Below are positions 15,402 to 30,260 of a DNA stretch of 64,000 nucleotides, one piece after another. Position numbers and translations under genes: made by a program. The notes under the pieces are model-generated. The model was not told where the DNA came from and made no database searches. It was given only the letters and a program-made list of their open reading frames with translations. This DNA is from Eledone cirrhosa. Lineage: Eukaryota. Location of the stretch: positions 69,564,001 to 69,628,000 of the forward strand of contig OZ024741.1 in the NCBI GenBank assembly GCA_964016885.1. Direction: 5' to 3'. Position 1 is the stretch's first letter. Every line of letters starts with the position of its first letter.

Positions 15402-16854
15402 TTATTAATAAGTCAAATAAAATAATGATTTCTTACATTGATACAAGGCTACAAATTAGTAGAAGAGAGATATAGTCATTTGAATTGATTTGTACTTATT
15501 TTATCAATCATGGATAGATATAAGACAAACTCATTTTCAGTGAGGTTTTGTACTCAGAATATAGACAAAATTATAGACTCTGTTAGACTGTCAGTTCACC
15601 ACCCTCCAGTGGCCATCCAATGCTGCAGACACACTGTCATATAGATTTTATATATTACATATGAATCACAATTCAGAAACAGTAGGGAGATTTTGACTGC
15701 TACTTCTATCAGATCAAAGAACTATACAGAAACGATCTATTTGATGAAAACATTTAAAAAATACATTGCATAGTTTCCAATGAACTTTGATCTCACAAAC
15801 TCCATCAGGTTGTGCACATGTGATTCTAATCTGTTTTGCCATTATTTGTTCATTTCTATCCTAAGTTGCAAACCATCTTCCGTAAATTCCAACTGAGTCC
15901 ACTTAAATTTTGTTTCTGTATAATCAAAGATTTTATTGTTGGTGACCATTAATAAAATATCTATTATATAACATACAATATTTCCAGACTGCCATCTTCA
16001 CATACTGTATAACAGAGTTTTATAATATGATCCATAACACAAACATTTACCAGTTTAAGATAGCAAAAAATCAACCTATTTCACATACTATTACTGTTTT
16101 ACATATTGCCATCATTGTAATTGTAGATAACTGGAGTCATATGTCCACAGATATATCTCCTTGATACCCAAATTCAATCAATGCATGTATCTTGATACTT
16201 TATGTACATGTGTGTGGGTAGATATGTGTTTTTATTGAGTACAATGCATTTGTTGTTTTATGTGTGTATGCAAAAATGTCTTAGTTTAGATGTGCTGCCT
16301 TAATTTGGTGTATGTAGGATTCTCAGTTGAGTCTAAATCAATTAAGCCTTACATTGTTAACTGAATTAAGTAACATTAATAAAGCTTGAGAAAACTAGTA
16401 GTAGTGAGTTGTATTGATAAGAATCAATTCAAAGAGTAAAAAAGACATATATAATTTGTGGCATATATATATATCTTTTTTTTTTTTTTACTCAAGTAAA
16501 AATTCAAGGATATTTTTTGGTAAACCCTTGTTACCATATTTATAATGAAAGACAGCCTATAATTTTCAAATAATTTTGAAAATATTAGAGGGATTAAAAT
16601 AAACTTTCTCATTGTTCATCTGGTATTTGGAACATAAAGGTTCTTACATAGAATTATAATAGAAGGCTTTTAAATAAATCTAGACACTTTAAAATACAAT
16701 GTTGTATTATAGAAACAGAGACAATTTGATGTGGTTTAGTATTAAAAAGATTACTGTCTAAGAGTCAAATATCAACAATTTTTTCTCATAGGATTTGACA
16801 TAAGTAAAAAGAGAGGTATACTGCCTTCACTCAGTCATCCATTTATTATGAATT

Positions 16855-17175
16855 CATTTTTCATTTCATTTCATTTTACGTCCGCCTTTTCCCTGCTTGC
16901 AAGGGTGGGACGGGAACTGATTTGGGCTTGATTTCTACAGTTGGATGCCCTTCCTAACACCAATCTCATTTTACAGTGAGTGTTGGGTGCTTTTTTTTGC
17001 TGTGGCACCATATGGACCCCAGTCCCTATCATCTCATTTTTACAGCTGAGTAAACTGGAGCAATATGAAATAAAGTGTCTTGCTCAAGGAAACAACACAT
17101 CACCCGGTCTGAGAATTGAACTCACAACCTTTCGATTGCAAGGCCAATGCTCTAACCATTAAGCCATGTGCCTCC
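16855..17175 (-). mobile_element. CORE-type SINE in a GAPDH intron
   Basis: Reverse complement of the 3085-3422 family. Confidence 0.8.
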
Positions 17176-17282
17176 ATCTTTTACTCAAACTGTCAACTAA
17201 GCACAAAACCTGATTAGAGAAATTTAATTTGTTTCTTTTAATGTTTCTGAATTTCAAACTGATAAGAAAAGGTGTTCCTTAA

Positions 17283-17499
17283 CCCTTTAACATTTAAACC
17301 GGCTGTATCCAGCCAAAACTCTCTCACCTCTTTCTGTTCAAATCGTCTGTAAGTAGCCGCTCATACCTACATTAAGGTATTGTTCTCAAAATAACATCAA
17401 AATCTTGTAGATTCAATATTATATGAGAGAATTATGTGAGGTAAAGCCTTTACCGCAAAAATATAATAGTAAATATAGAGTAATGTAAATGCTAATTGG
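17283..17499. mobile_element. piggyBac-type MITE (reverse orientation)
   Basis: TTAA flanks and homology to 392-597. Confidence 0.7.
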
Positions 17500-18105
17500 T
17501 TAAATATAATTAATATCTTTTATTTGAATTTTATCCTCACCTACCAAATTTAGGGTTTATTAAAATCAAATCACTGTTAGCAATATGAAACAGCCCACAC
17601 AGTAAAGTGATGGTGTAGGTGCACGACAAAAAGTACCCAACACACTGTAAATGTGGTTGGCATTAGGAAGGGCATCCACCCGTAGAAAACCAGCCCATAC
17701 TGTAAAGTACACATGTAAAAGACACGGCAAAGAGCATCCAGCACACATTGTAAATGTGGTTGGTGTTAGGAAGGGCATCCAGCCGTAGAAAACCAGCCTA
17801 TACTGTAAAGTGGACATGTAAAAGACACGGCAAAGAGCATCCAGCACACACTGTAAATGTGGTTGGCGTTAGGAAGGGCATGAAGCAGTAGAAAACCAGC
17901 CAGAAACTCTCCTATATGAGCGAGACATGGTCACCCATGCCAGCGTTAATTGATGATGCTTTCCGCCCTCAGAGAAAAAAAGAAAAAGAAAATGATTAAA
18001 TAAACAGAAAACTGAAAAATCATTTGGACTGAAATATCAGCATTGCTATGAAACAATAATTAGAAGTCTAAGTGAAGTGATGAAAGTAAGATGTTGGTTT
18101 CTTTA

Positions 18106-18204
<99 letters not shown>

Positions 18205-18688
18205 TCAAAGATTGTTATAAACATGTTACTGACTGTATAGTTGTATTGAAAATTTATATCAAATAGCATATGACATGCACACACATGCAATAAAAATACA
18301 TTTCTACATTGTCTAAGAACTTGCAGTATAAATTGTTGCATATCATCACAAACATATCTGTGTCAAATTATAGGGATATCTTCTATTGATTTGGGCAGAT
18401 ATTTCACCGAAATGCCATGAGTGAAGTTAGTGATAGGGCTAGGAGCTATGAGTGATGGCTAAGGTCATTGCTTTCTTTTTTTTCTCTCTTTCTTTGCATT
18501 AGCCAAAAGGGATAAATTCATTCTTAAGAGATGGATGCAAATCTGGTAGGTCTTAGTTTTGTTAAATAATTTTGCAAATCTGTTTGCATATTTGATCCTA
18601 CTTGTACATGTATGTTTGTGTATATATGATTTAATCTTATGTTTTGCATTCGTGTGTGCATATTTATATTTAAACGTATGTAAATAAT

Positions 18689-18871
18689 TGTTTCTACTTT
18701 TGGCACAAGGCCAGCAATTACCCAGTACATTACTGGTACTTTATTTTATCGACCTCGTAAGGATGAAAGGCAAAGTTAACCCCAGCGGGATTTGAACTCA
18801 GAATGGCAAGGGCCGTAACTATGCGTCAAAGCATGGCGTCCGACCCTCTACCGATACTGCTAATTCACTGC
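18689..18871 (-). mobile_element. Nin/Deu-domain tRNA SINE
   Basis: Reverse complement of the 41376-41560 family. Confidence 0.75.
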
Positions 18872-19756
18872 TTTATATGCATGTAAATAATGGTTTCTAG
18901 TATAGGCACAAGGCCAACAATTTTGGGGAAAGAGAAAAATCGATTAAATCGTCCCCATAAGGATGAAAGGCAAATTCGAACCAAGAAGGTAAAGGGCCGT
19001 AACTATGTCCTGAAACATGTTGCCCGACAATTTGCCGATACTGCTAATCCCCTACCCTTATGTATGAAAATAATGACATTGAAGTTTATGTCTTTTGTGA
19101 TTTTCATCTTGGATTCATTTTCCTATTCTTTAATGGCTTGGGTATTTTCTTGATTATTATTATTTTGGGTTTTAAGTTGTGTTGTACGAACTAACTTCCC
19201 GGTGCATGGCATCACGTCATCTAGGTAGATAGTTTAAGGGTTTAAAGTCGAGAGATGAGAGAAACTGGAGCATGCCCTTTTACATTACTAGGATTTTTTC
19301 AACACGCTGATGTGTATGTATATATGTATGAGCGTGTGTGTATGTGCATATGCATACGTTTATATGTATGAGTATATAAATATAAACGCGCAAACACAGG
19401 CACTCTCACAGACATACATTCACACAAATACACATATACTCACACAAACACATACACATTGAATGACGGACGGAAGTCGCTCAAATTTATATATAGATGG
19501 AGTTATAATCGCTGCAGATATAATAACTTTATTATATAGAAACTATGTAATATGACAGCTTCAGCTTGATAACGCTTGTCTTCCCCATTTGATGGCTGTT
19601 GCAGTCAGGTTCAGTATGCCGAGTGTGGGAAGGTGGGTGGTCCACATTCAGTTTGCCGAATTTGGAATGTGGGTTGTGGGTTGGTTTAGCAGGAGTCATG
19701 AGTGCAAGTTGGTGATTAGTTTATGATGTTTGCTAAGTGTTTGTGGACTGATTTAC

Positions 19757-19797
<41 letters not shown>

Positions 19798-19802
<5 letters not shown>

Positions 19803-21327
19803 TATTTATTATTGCCCTTCAGGCTATAACAGAGGAGTTCAAGACCGGCTGCCCATGGGAACTCCTATACGCAGATGATCTAACGCTCATAGCTGAATCA
19901 ATGACCGAACTAGAGAAGAAATTCCAAACATGGAAGCACGGCCTAGAATCAAAAGGCCTTAAAATTAACCTGGCTAAGACTAAAGTTCTAGTTTGTAGGA
20001 AAGAAAATAAGGCGGCGGTCCCATCTGGGAAATGGCCATGCTCAGTGTGTAGGAAAGGCGTAGGTAGAAACTCCATTTTGTGTCCCAAATGCAAAGTATG
20101 GGTGCATAAAAGATGTAGTGGGATCACAGGTAAGCTAACTAAGAATATAGATTTTACATGTGGCCAGTGCTCAGGTGCAATAAGTAGCAGCAAGTGCCCA
20201 CAAAATACTAGCTCATTCCATTGCACAGATGGTTCTATAGAAATAGTGGACAGCTTCCGTTACCTGGGTGACAAAATCAGCAGTGGGGGAGGGTGCTCTG
20301 AAAGTACAGTAGCTAGAGTCAGAACTGGTTGGAAAAAGTTCAGAGAGCTTATACCACTATTAGCCGCTAGAGGGTTCTCCCTAAAAATGAAAGGCAGGTT
20401 ATACGATGCCTGCATACGAACAGCAATGCTGCATGGCAGTGAGACCTGGGCATTGTGTGCAGAGGATATACGCAGACTAGAGAGGAACGAAGCTTGCATG
20501 CTCCGCTGGATGTGCAATAGTAATATACGTGAACGGCAAAGCATAAACGAACTAAGGAAAAAATTAGAAATAAGAGGGATCAGATGTTTACTCGAGAGAA
20601 GGCTACGTTGGTACGGACACGTGATGCGCATGAAAGACGACAGCTGTATAACAAAGTGCAGGGCAATAAAGATAGACGGTAGCCACGGAGTAGGCAGACC
20701 CAGAAAAACATGGGACGAGCTGATAAATTCCGACCTCACACGCTTACACCTCTCCAAGACAATGTCACTGGACCGAGACCTTTGGCGGTGCTCAGTAATA
20801 GAGAAGACCTGCCTTACCTAAATACAAAGTAAAAACCTACTACAGTCAGTAGGCATCTCTATCAAAACACACCCCCGTCCCACCACCTCCACCCCATCCA
20901 CACCGCCCCTTTCAATGTAAAGTTATGTTGGTCCCACAACATCCAGGCCGAAACAAATGAGATCGTGTAGGTGTCACGACAAAAAAAAACACACAGTCTA
21001 CGCTGTAAATGTGGCCGTGTAGGCAACACGGTAAAAACCTCCCAGCCCCACACTGTAAATGTGGTTGGTGTTAGGAAGGGCATCCAGCTGTAGAAAACCC
21101 GCCAGACAGTCCACGCTGTAATGTGGCCGTGTAGGCAACACGGTAAAAACCTCCCAGCCCCACACTGTAAATGTGGTTGGTGTTAGGAAGGGCATCCAAC
21201 TGTAGAAAACCCGCCAGACAGTCCTATGCGAGCAAGACAACCACTCTTGCCTCAAGTGGGAAAACCCCCGTCCAAACCCATGCAAGCGTGGAACACGGAC
21301 GCTAAACCTGATGATGATGATGATGAT
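19798..21327 (+). mobile_element. 5'-truncated RTE-clade LINE with a PHD finger in the RT, antisense in GAPDH intron 6
   Basis: ORF has LLYADD, KINLAKTK, FRYLG, LHGSETW, RRLRWYGHV and GRPRKTW. The 3' UTR has a ~115-bp tandem duplication and a (GAT)n tail. Confidence 0.93.
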
Positions 21328-21757
21328 ATATGGAAAACACTTTATTTTTTCTTGAATCACCAGTCTAACAAGCAGATCGATGCTGGAGGCAGCTCCAATG
21401 CTGCAATAGGTGACCTTGAGGTAAAAGGCACCTAACAGGTCAATATTTAATAAAAACATAAATACATGCAAATGAAACTTCATTTTTTTTCTTATATACT
21501 CTCTGCCTGTGCAATGAATCACTTACACTATATATGTGTGTGTGTGTGTGAGAGAGAGATTTGGATGCTATTTCTAGCATGGTCACTTGACCTGTTAGAA
21601 ACTTGCCAAATCTCTCTGAAATCCCATCCTACAATCTTAATAAATAAAAAGAAAGACACTGGATAATGTAATCTAAGATAAATTATGCCTGAAAAGATGT
21701 GATGGACATGACAAGAATGCCTTTGATTATGGGTCTCCTAGTGCTGGTCTGGAGTTA

Positions 21758-21973
<216 letters not shown>

Positions 21974-22749
21974 TCAGAAACTGAAAACACTAACAGCTTA
22001 TAAAACTAAAAAATTCAAACAACCTAAAATACACTTTAGGAAAAAACAATAAAAAGACATTTAGTTTTAAAAGGGGGTATCTATTTGAATAATATTTTAT
22101 TTACATTTTATTTTTAAATGCAAATAAATATATATATAAAAAAGTATTGAAGGTGTAACTTTATTATGATTATGAAAATCATAGATAAAAAAGATATTCA
22201 TAAAAGTCATTTATTTATATTTTAAAAGTATTTCTTTAATACTTTTGATACCAAACAGTCTGAAACTGCCATAGGTTCTACAATATAAATTGTTAAATTT
22301 TTAAGTGTTTACGTATATTTATAAAAAATCTTTCCATTATAATTTTATGAAAGAACCTTTGTTAAGCTGTGTTCTAATTACCAGCATAATATTCTATTCA
22401 TGTCTAGAAACAGTGAAATCCCTGTTGTGGATTAGGAACTGGCTGTCCAATACCTTATCTACTCAGCAGTTTGGGGTTTGGTCATAATGGCAATCCTCTA
22501 AAAATTGAATGGATTATTTTCAAAATTATATACAGTGTCTTATTAGAAATATGCTAACAAAAAGGTTAATCCTTGTCACATTCAAACCAGCCAATTAGGA
22601 AACCTCTAAGTGGTTGCTCAAACTGTTAAAAATAGCAGCCAAATATTTCCTCAAATCACATCTTGAAACAGCCATCTTGAAACAGAACTCTTTGGCTAAT
22701 GTAAACCTAAATACATTGTCTGAATAAAATAGCTGAAAAGTTCAAGTTA

Positions 22750-22920
<171 letters not shown>

Positions 22921-24722
22921 CTACTTTAGAGAAAAACAATAAACTTTTCAACCATAATTGTACTCTCCCTCTTCCTTTAAAATCATAGCTATACTCCTCC
23001 ATCAATAGCTGTATTGCTCCTGCTTCAACAATAGATGTATTCCTCTTCTTTCAACTATGACTACTTCACCTCCTTCAACCATAGCTATACTTCCTCCTTC
23101 TCCTCCTTCAACCACAGCTATGTCACCTCCTCCTCCTCCTTCAACCATGGCTATACATCACCTCCTTCAAATACTATCATTCTTAATATTCCCTTGAAAT
23201 GTTCAATATTACAGCCAAATCACCTTCAATAATTTCCCCACAGACTTCATAATATAATAAACCAACGAATCCAATAGCAACTGCATTCAACTGATAAGTA
23301 AATTGACACTCTATTGACTGGAAAATCTGTCTTTTGATTTGGCAGAATCATTAGTGTCAGAAAAAATACACAGTAGTATTTTCAAATGCTGCCGATATCA
23401 ATTTTGCATTTCATAATTCCAGGTTTGTTAAAATAAAGTACCAGTTGTGTACTGGTTTGATTTAATTGATTAACTCCTCATCCAAAACATTTCTGGCCTT
23501 GTGCCTGTGTTAGAAACTTTTCTTCTTTGTCCATTTATTCCTAAGAGGGTCATCAGGTAAAGTCCTCACACACCTTCCAGAGGGTCCTATCAGAAGCAAA
23601 CACCTATCTAAGCAACATCAACCAAGCTTATCTTCCTCGTGGAGACCCAGAGGTAGATCATGAACAAGATGGGTGTTAGAAACAAGTATTATTATTCGGA
23701 TTGGCAGCATTGGTAGAGCGTCAGACATGTTTTGCGATATATAGTTATGACCCCCTTTATGTTCTGAGTTCAAATTTCACTCAGGATACCTTTGCTTTTC
23801 ATCCTTACAGGGGTGAGAAAATAAAGTACCAGTGCACTGGGGTTGATTTAATCGATTTTTCCCTTCCCTTCAAATTGCTGGCCATGTGCCAAAGGTAGAA
23901 ACAATTATTAATATTATTTAGTCAGATTAAGAAGGGCAGTGCCCATGATCTTTTCAAGCTATGATTTGTAAAGTCAATATTTAGTTTAAACTTTTTGAAG
24001 GTTGTTGCTTTTGAGAGAAACCTGGGCAGAGAGGAAATTCCAGAAGCCCATTGTCATAATGAGGAATGTTTAAGTTAAATTTTTAGTGTGATCAAAGAAA
24101 AAAACAGATGTGTACATTGGGAGAGTCAAGTAAGAAGTGATATGTAGCTTGTTAGCTCAGAAGATGCTTTCAACTTCTGACTTCCAATTTTCCTCATTCC
24201 ATTGCTTTAATTCCAACACATCAAACCCAATCAATATACTTTGCTGTACGTGCCACTTTACATTCTATTACTCTCAGCTGTATCACACCACCAAGACACT
24301 CCAACTAACTTGCGTTATCCACTCTCGTATGATAAAATTTAGACAGATTCTACCTGAAACAATAGATATTTCTTCTTCTCACAGTAACCTAATATAATTC
24401 ACTTTTTGTGTACACAATCTAGATTTCTGTTGATTAAGAGTTGACACTTCTTCCTTGCATTATCTTCTTACAGAAAAACCCAATTTTTTTTTAACCCAAT
24501 ACACATTAGTTAGAAACGGATTAGTGGTACCTTTATTTGACAAGAATGCTAATAAAAGCTAATTCAAAGCTCTAGATTTCAGATACAACGGTGCTAATGA
24601 TAATAATAATATTAGTCTATATTTGATATCAAATTGTTGATTAGTTTGAGAGTATATTATAGTGCCATGACCAAAAGCTTAGTACACAAGAATGACTGAA
24701 TGGGCCACAATACAAGAAGTCA

Positions 24723-24845
<123 letters not shown>

Positions 24846-25619
24846 TTATTAAAATTCAAAAAACAATAAAGCTGATAGGGAAGAGACAGGTAAGAGAGCC
24901 AAATATAACATAATGTAGCTCAAACCAGCAAGGAAGTCTTTATGCAGTCACTTGACCAACTAGAAATAACAGAAAAATCTTCCAAAAATCATTCTACTAC
25001 CTTTAAAAAAAGGAAGTACACATTGGAATACTATTGTCCTGGATATATTATGTTATAACAAAGGTTGGATGGTCACAGCTGGAATTTTTTTATCATAGGT
25101 CTACTCAATCAGGGCTGATCAGGGGTTCAGCAACTATGGAAACATAAAATTTTTTTGAAATACTTGGTTTGATCATAACAATATCTTGAATACACCAAAC
25201 ATTTTATTCATTGTCATATTTTACTCATTGTGGGAACTCCTATACTCTTATGACCTATTACATATAATTGACTCTGTGGAAGATTTAGACAAGAAATTCC
25301 AGACATGGAAACAAAGCCTAGACTTAAGAGGCCTCAGAGTAACAAAAATTAAAGTCTTAGTAAGTAGCAAAAAAGACAGAACTTTGCTAATGTCAAAGAA
25401 ATCTAAATTAGGAATGCACAACAGCAGCAGTAGGATCACAGGAAGGTTTCTTTTTCTTCTTCAGGCCTGATCTAGGCGATAAACAATAACTGTAACTATA
25501 AAGCTATTAGATTACAACAAATAAAAATAAATACAAAGAAAAAAGTGTGTGTAGCTCGGCGGGGGTGCATGTATGTGTATTAAATGAAGCAAATAACAAA
25601 ATAAGACAGATTAACTCAC

Positions 25620-25726
25620 TCGTTATATACAGTGATGAGAGTGTTGTTGATCTTCAGCTTATTGCCTTCTTTGCTAACACAACAAGGGAATTGTCCATGG
25701 GTACTGTCATACATCAGCATGTAGAC
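25620..25726 (-). CDS. GAPDH: GAPDH coding exon 3 (VYMLMYDSTHGQFPCCVSKEGNKLKINNTLITVYNE)
   Basis: YDSTHG motif. 107 nt, the same size as the homologous vertebrate exon. AG/GTGAGT. Confidence 0.95.
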
Positions 25727-26077
25727 CTACAACAGTGACAAACATTAAAACATGCCCAGAGTTGTTTCCTATACTTTCTAAAAAGCTCAAAATAACATTT
25801 GTCAATAACTAATATTGTTTATTCCTCACTGCATTATTTTTTCTGCCCTAAAAATATTAACAATAATATAACTATTTAGCATTTAGCCTTCTACTAAAGA
25901 CTCAGAACAATCTTGCAATATATATGTATATATAGAGAAATATATATATATATATCATCATCAAAGACTAATTGAGAAAAACAAATAGGGGATGTAGGGA
26001 AATATATACAGACATTTGTAAATTAGAGTCAAATAACATAAGCTTCTAAGTATTACAATCACAGCTATGACTGGTTA

Positions 26078-26278
<201 letters not shown>

Positions 26279-28015
26279 TTAAAGTACCTTGTTTCTCAAG
26301 CTGTCATACATCTAAATACTAACTTGGCATGGATTTGGTGATCAGCTGAGAATCCATGTATCCAGCATGCCCAAATATACATTTGTATATGGAAAGGAGT
26401 TTATTGAACAAAAGTTATACAATGATGAAAATATTAAAAAAAGGATAAAAACCAAATTAAGAAATGAAAAAAAAAAGAGGGGGAAATGGGGAAGGAGTAA
26501 AGAACAGATTTGGTTGTACTGGACTATAAATGGCATAAAATGAAAGGAAAAGGGGAGAAAGAAGAAGAAGAAAAAGAAGAAAAAGAAGAAAAAGAAGAAA
26601 AAGAAAAGAAGAAAAAGAAGAAAATAGGTTTTAAGGTTTAAGGTTACGGAGGTAACAAGAGAGTCCAATATTCACAGCAAGCTATCCTATCAGAGAAATC
26701 TATGTCATTATTAGTTTCATCCTTATGGGGTCGATAAAATAAAGTACCAGTAATGTACTGAGTAATTGCCAATAGTAGAAACAATTATTAGACATTGTAG
26801 TGAAACATGTGTGAGATCAGGAATTGTAATGGATAGCATGGTACAAGTTTATGAAAACAATTACATAGACATGGTCGTACTCTGGGCTTATTTTATTCAC
26901 AAGGATGTAATTTATTCAATTTTTTTAGCTTCATAAACAGAGGTTGTATGACAATTTATTTATGAACGTACAAAAGTATATAGCTCAGTTTACATCAACA
27001 CAAAATGTAATAAAAACTGTACAATATACATAGCAATAAGGAAAGAAAAAGGGAAAAGAATTAAGCAATGAAAGAAGGGTGAGAGGGAGGGAGTGACAAA
27101 TTCTACACCCCCGTCTGAGCGGTATTTCAGTTTCACCTTGTGAACAAAGTTATTGTTGCAGAGAATAGCCAGCAACACCCGCCTCACCTCACAGGACTCC
27201 TTCCTCTGGTGGGCGGCTGGCTTTAGGATTTAATGAAGGAAATCAGCAGTGTGGGGACTGAAGACAGCTGAAATATTGACAGCAACCAGTATGAAAAGGA
27301 AGCGGTCAGTCAAGCCCCGGTATTTAGTTATCTTTTTCACCTCCACATTGTAGGTGTGGTGTTCAGGTTTGCAGCCAAAGCAACAAGGTTGGAGGCAGAG
27401 AACGAATCGCAACTCATCATATTCCAGATTAGGGATTTACTTACCTCGAATGGGAAGAGGGTTATTCCATCGAGGTGCTTACCATCATGACTGTCAAGAC
27501 CAGCTAGCTCCAGTTGGTCTGGGAAACCAGCTTCCTTCTGGTGATATTGTTCAGAGTGGTATGTTGGGGAGGGGGTGGCAGTCTGTGCTATGACAGTATT
27601 AGTTGTATGTTAGACAAAGAAATACCACAGTGTATCAGATGTCCTGTCTGAAGATAAATCAATGCTGCTACCTATGAGTCATGGTTTATTTCTCTTTTTC
27701 TTCCCACTGGTCCCAAAAGCAAAAAGGTTATAGTGGTTTCCTTCTCCCTATGACTAGATTATATATATATATAAAAATAAATAATGTGGTCTATAGTCTA
27801 GCATCTTAACCTCAATTTTAACCGTGCTTTGTCTTAACTTTTTAGCAGTTAAACCGGCCGTATCTGACCTGAATTCTCTCATTTCTTTTTGTTCAAACCA
27901 ACCTTAACTGACCACTCATATTGATATTAAGGTATTGTTCTCAAAATAAATAATATCGAAGTCTTCATATGTGAGATAATTATGCAAGGTAAAGCCTTTA
28001 CCATGAAAATATAAT

Positions 28016-28199
28016 TGTTTCTACTTTTGGCACAAGGCCAGCAATTACCCAGTGCATTACTGGTACTTTATTTCATCGACCCCATGAGGATGAAAGGCAA
28101 AGTTAACCTTGGCGGGCTTTGAACTCAGAATGGCAAGGGACGTAACTCTATGCGTCAAAGCATGGCGTCCGACCCTCTACCGATACTGCCAATCCACTG
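28016..28199 (-). mobile_element. Nin/Deu-domain SINE with a ~20-bp TSD
   Basis: CTTTACCATGAAAATATAAT at 27996-28015 and again at 28200-28219. Confidence 0.85.
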
Positions 28200-28245
28200 C
28201 TTTACCATGAAAATATAATAGTATATATAGAGTAATGGAAATGTT

Positions 28246-29820
28246 GTAATAATAATAATGAAATTATTGTGTACAGTGCTCAGATGCACTACAACTCATC
28301 AAAGGTGCATTTATAGTACATAGAGTAATGTTCAAATGTCAGGGAAGTGAACTGTGTATGAGTCATGATATACATGTGTGTATGTGTATGGAGTGGGGAT
28401 ATCAGGTGTAGTGTTGGCGAATCTCAGAAAGCATGGAGGTTTTAAAAAATGCAGTGCCTCGGCAGCTAACAACTGATGCAGGTAGTTTATTCCATGCTTC
28501 AGCAGCTTTGAGGGGGGAAAAAATGTTTCCGAAAGTCATGGGAGCTGTGCTGTTTTCTGACTTTGTAGGCATGTCCACGGGTGCTAGACACACGGAATTC
28601 AAAAAGGTGCTCAGGGTTGTTGGAAAGATGGTTAACAATCTTGTGGGTGTCTACCAAGTCAGTTGCCAGACGTCAGAGCTTTAATGAATCCATGCCCAGG
28701 GAAGCAAGGTGTTCAGAGTATGGTAGATGCCTGATGGAGGGTATTCGCTTGGTTGCTCATCTCTAAACAGTTTCCAAGTTTCAATGTTCTGAGCAAGATA
28801 GGGGTTCCAGACTGGTGATGCAAATTCTAAGTGTGGCCACACCATAGCTATATACAGCTTTAAATAGATAGCTGGAGAGCAGCTGACAAAGATCTTGCTG
28901 AGTGATGTCAAGACACCCTCGGCCTTCTTGACAATTTTAGAGATGTGCTTTGTCCAACTCAAAATCGCTGCAGACAGTAATGCTCAGGTCACATTCACAA
29001 GGAGACTTCTTGATTTTAGTGTTGCGGAGGAAGTATGTGGGTGCAGGGTTTTCCTCCCAAAATGCATGATGCTACACTTGTCCACAACCAGCTTGAATTG
29101 CTAGTCCGTGATCCATTGCTGCATTGTGTCCAGGTCTAATTGCAGGAAAGATCTATAGTGTTCAGGATCTGTCCTTTTTATCTCAAGGTAGAGCTTGATG
29201 TTATCTGCATATTTCAGCCCTGTGGCATTCTTTAAGTTGCCATCTATGCAACAAACAAAAAACGACCAAGAACAGATCCATGTGGTACACCAGATGACAT
29301 CTCATACGGTGAAGAATGCTGTCCTAGAACCGTAACTACCACTTTTCGACTGAGAATGAGGGACTCAACCAGTTAAACAGATTATCTTTCACATCCATTG
29401 CAGAGAGTTTTGCCTCTTTTTCTTTTGTGTGGCACAGAATTAAAAGCTTTAGCAAAGTCAAAGTAAACAACATCCACCCATGATCCACCATCAATGATCC
29501 AGGTGATGTCTTCGAGAAACTTGATAAATTTGTCACAGCAGCTGGAGTTAGGGATAAATCCAAATTGCAAGGGCTGGATAAGGCTGTGAGAATTCCAGAA
29601 GTTCCAGAGTGTTTCTCTGACACAGGATTCCATCAGTTTGGCAATGCAGCTAGTAAGACTGACTGGACGATAGTTGACAGGCAACATGTGGTCACCTTTT
29701 TTGAACAGAGGAATGACACTGGCAGTTTTCCATTGTTCTGGTGAAGCACCGTTGTTAAGACAGAATTGAAAGAAGAGTGAAAGTTGGTGCAGAATAAAGT
29801 ACCCACCACGTCTGAGAAGC
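28246..29820 (-). mobile_element. Decayed 5'-truncated CR1-clade LINE
   Basis: WKTASVIPLFKKGD, NYRPVSLTS, QFGF, DVVYFDFAKAF, SGVP, KYADN and PHLEFASPVWNPY across frameshifts. (ATT)n tail near 28250. Confidence 0.88.
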
Positions 29821-29898
29821 ATTAAAGGGTTAAATCCTATACAATGACGGAGGGAGGTATATAAACTAGTAAATGAAGAAATTAAAATAGTAGCTTAC

Positions 29899-29924
29899 CC
29901 ATTGATTCCAACTTTGGGTGCCAT
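29899..29924 (-). CDS. GAPDH: GAPDH coding exon 1 (MAPKVGING)
   Basis: Minus strand reads tttctgcag AAA ATG GCA CCC AAA GTT GGA ATC AAT GG|gtaagc. The acceptor 3 nt before the ATG implies an upstream non-coding exon, which I did not locate. Confidence 0.9.
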
Positions 29925-30047
29925 TTTCTGCAGAAATAAAATAAAAATAACAAAACCAATAAATAATTAGTCAATAAAGTATTAAATGTAAAGACAAAAT
30001 GTTTTTTTAATCAGACATTATTTGTTTTATTATTAAGTAGCACTCAA

Positions 30048-30260
30048 GGGCGGTGGATTGGCAGTATCGGTAGAGTTGAACACCATGCTTTGCAGCATAG
30101 AGTTACAGTCCTTTACAGTCTGAGTTCAAATCCCGCCAAGGTTAACTTTGCCTTTCATCCTTACGGGGTTGATAAAATAAAGCACCAGTAATGTACTGGG
30201 GGTCGATTTAATCGACTTTCCCCTCCTCCCAAATTACTGGCCTTGTGCCTATACTAGAAA
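30048..30260 (+). mobile_element. Nin/Deu-domain SINE, first of a cluster running to about 31260
   Basis: A/B boxes plus GCCTTTCATCCTTACGGGGT.GATAAAATAAAG.ACCAG. Flanked by a TTATTAA(G/A)TAGCACTCA duplication. Confidence 0.75.
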
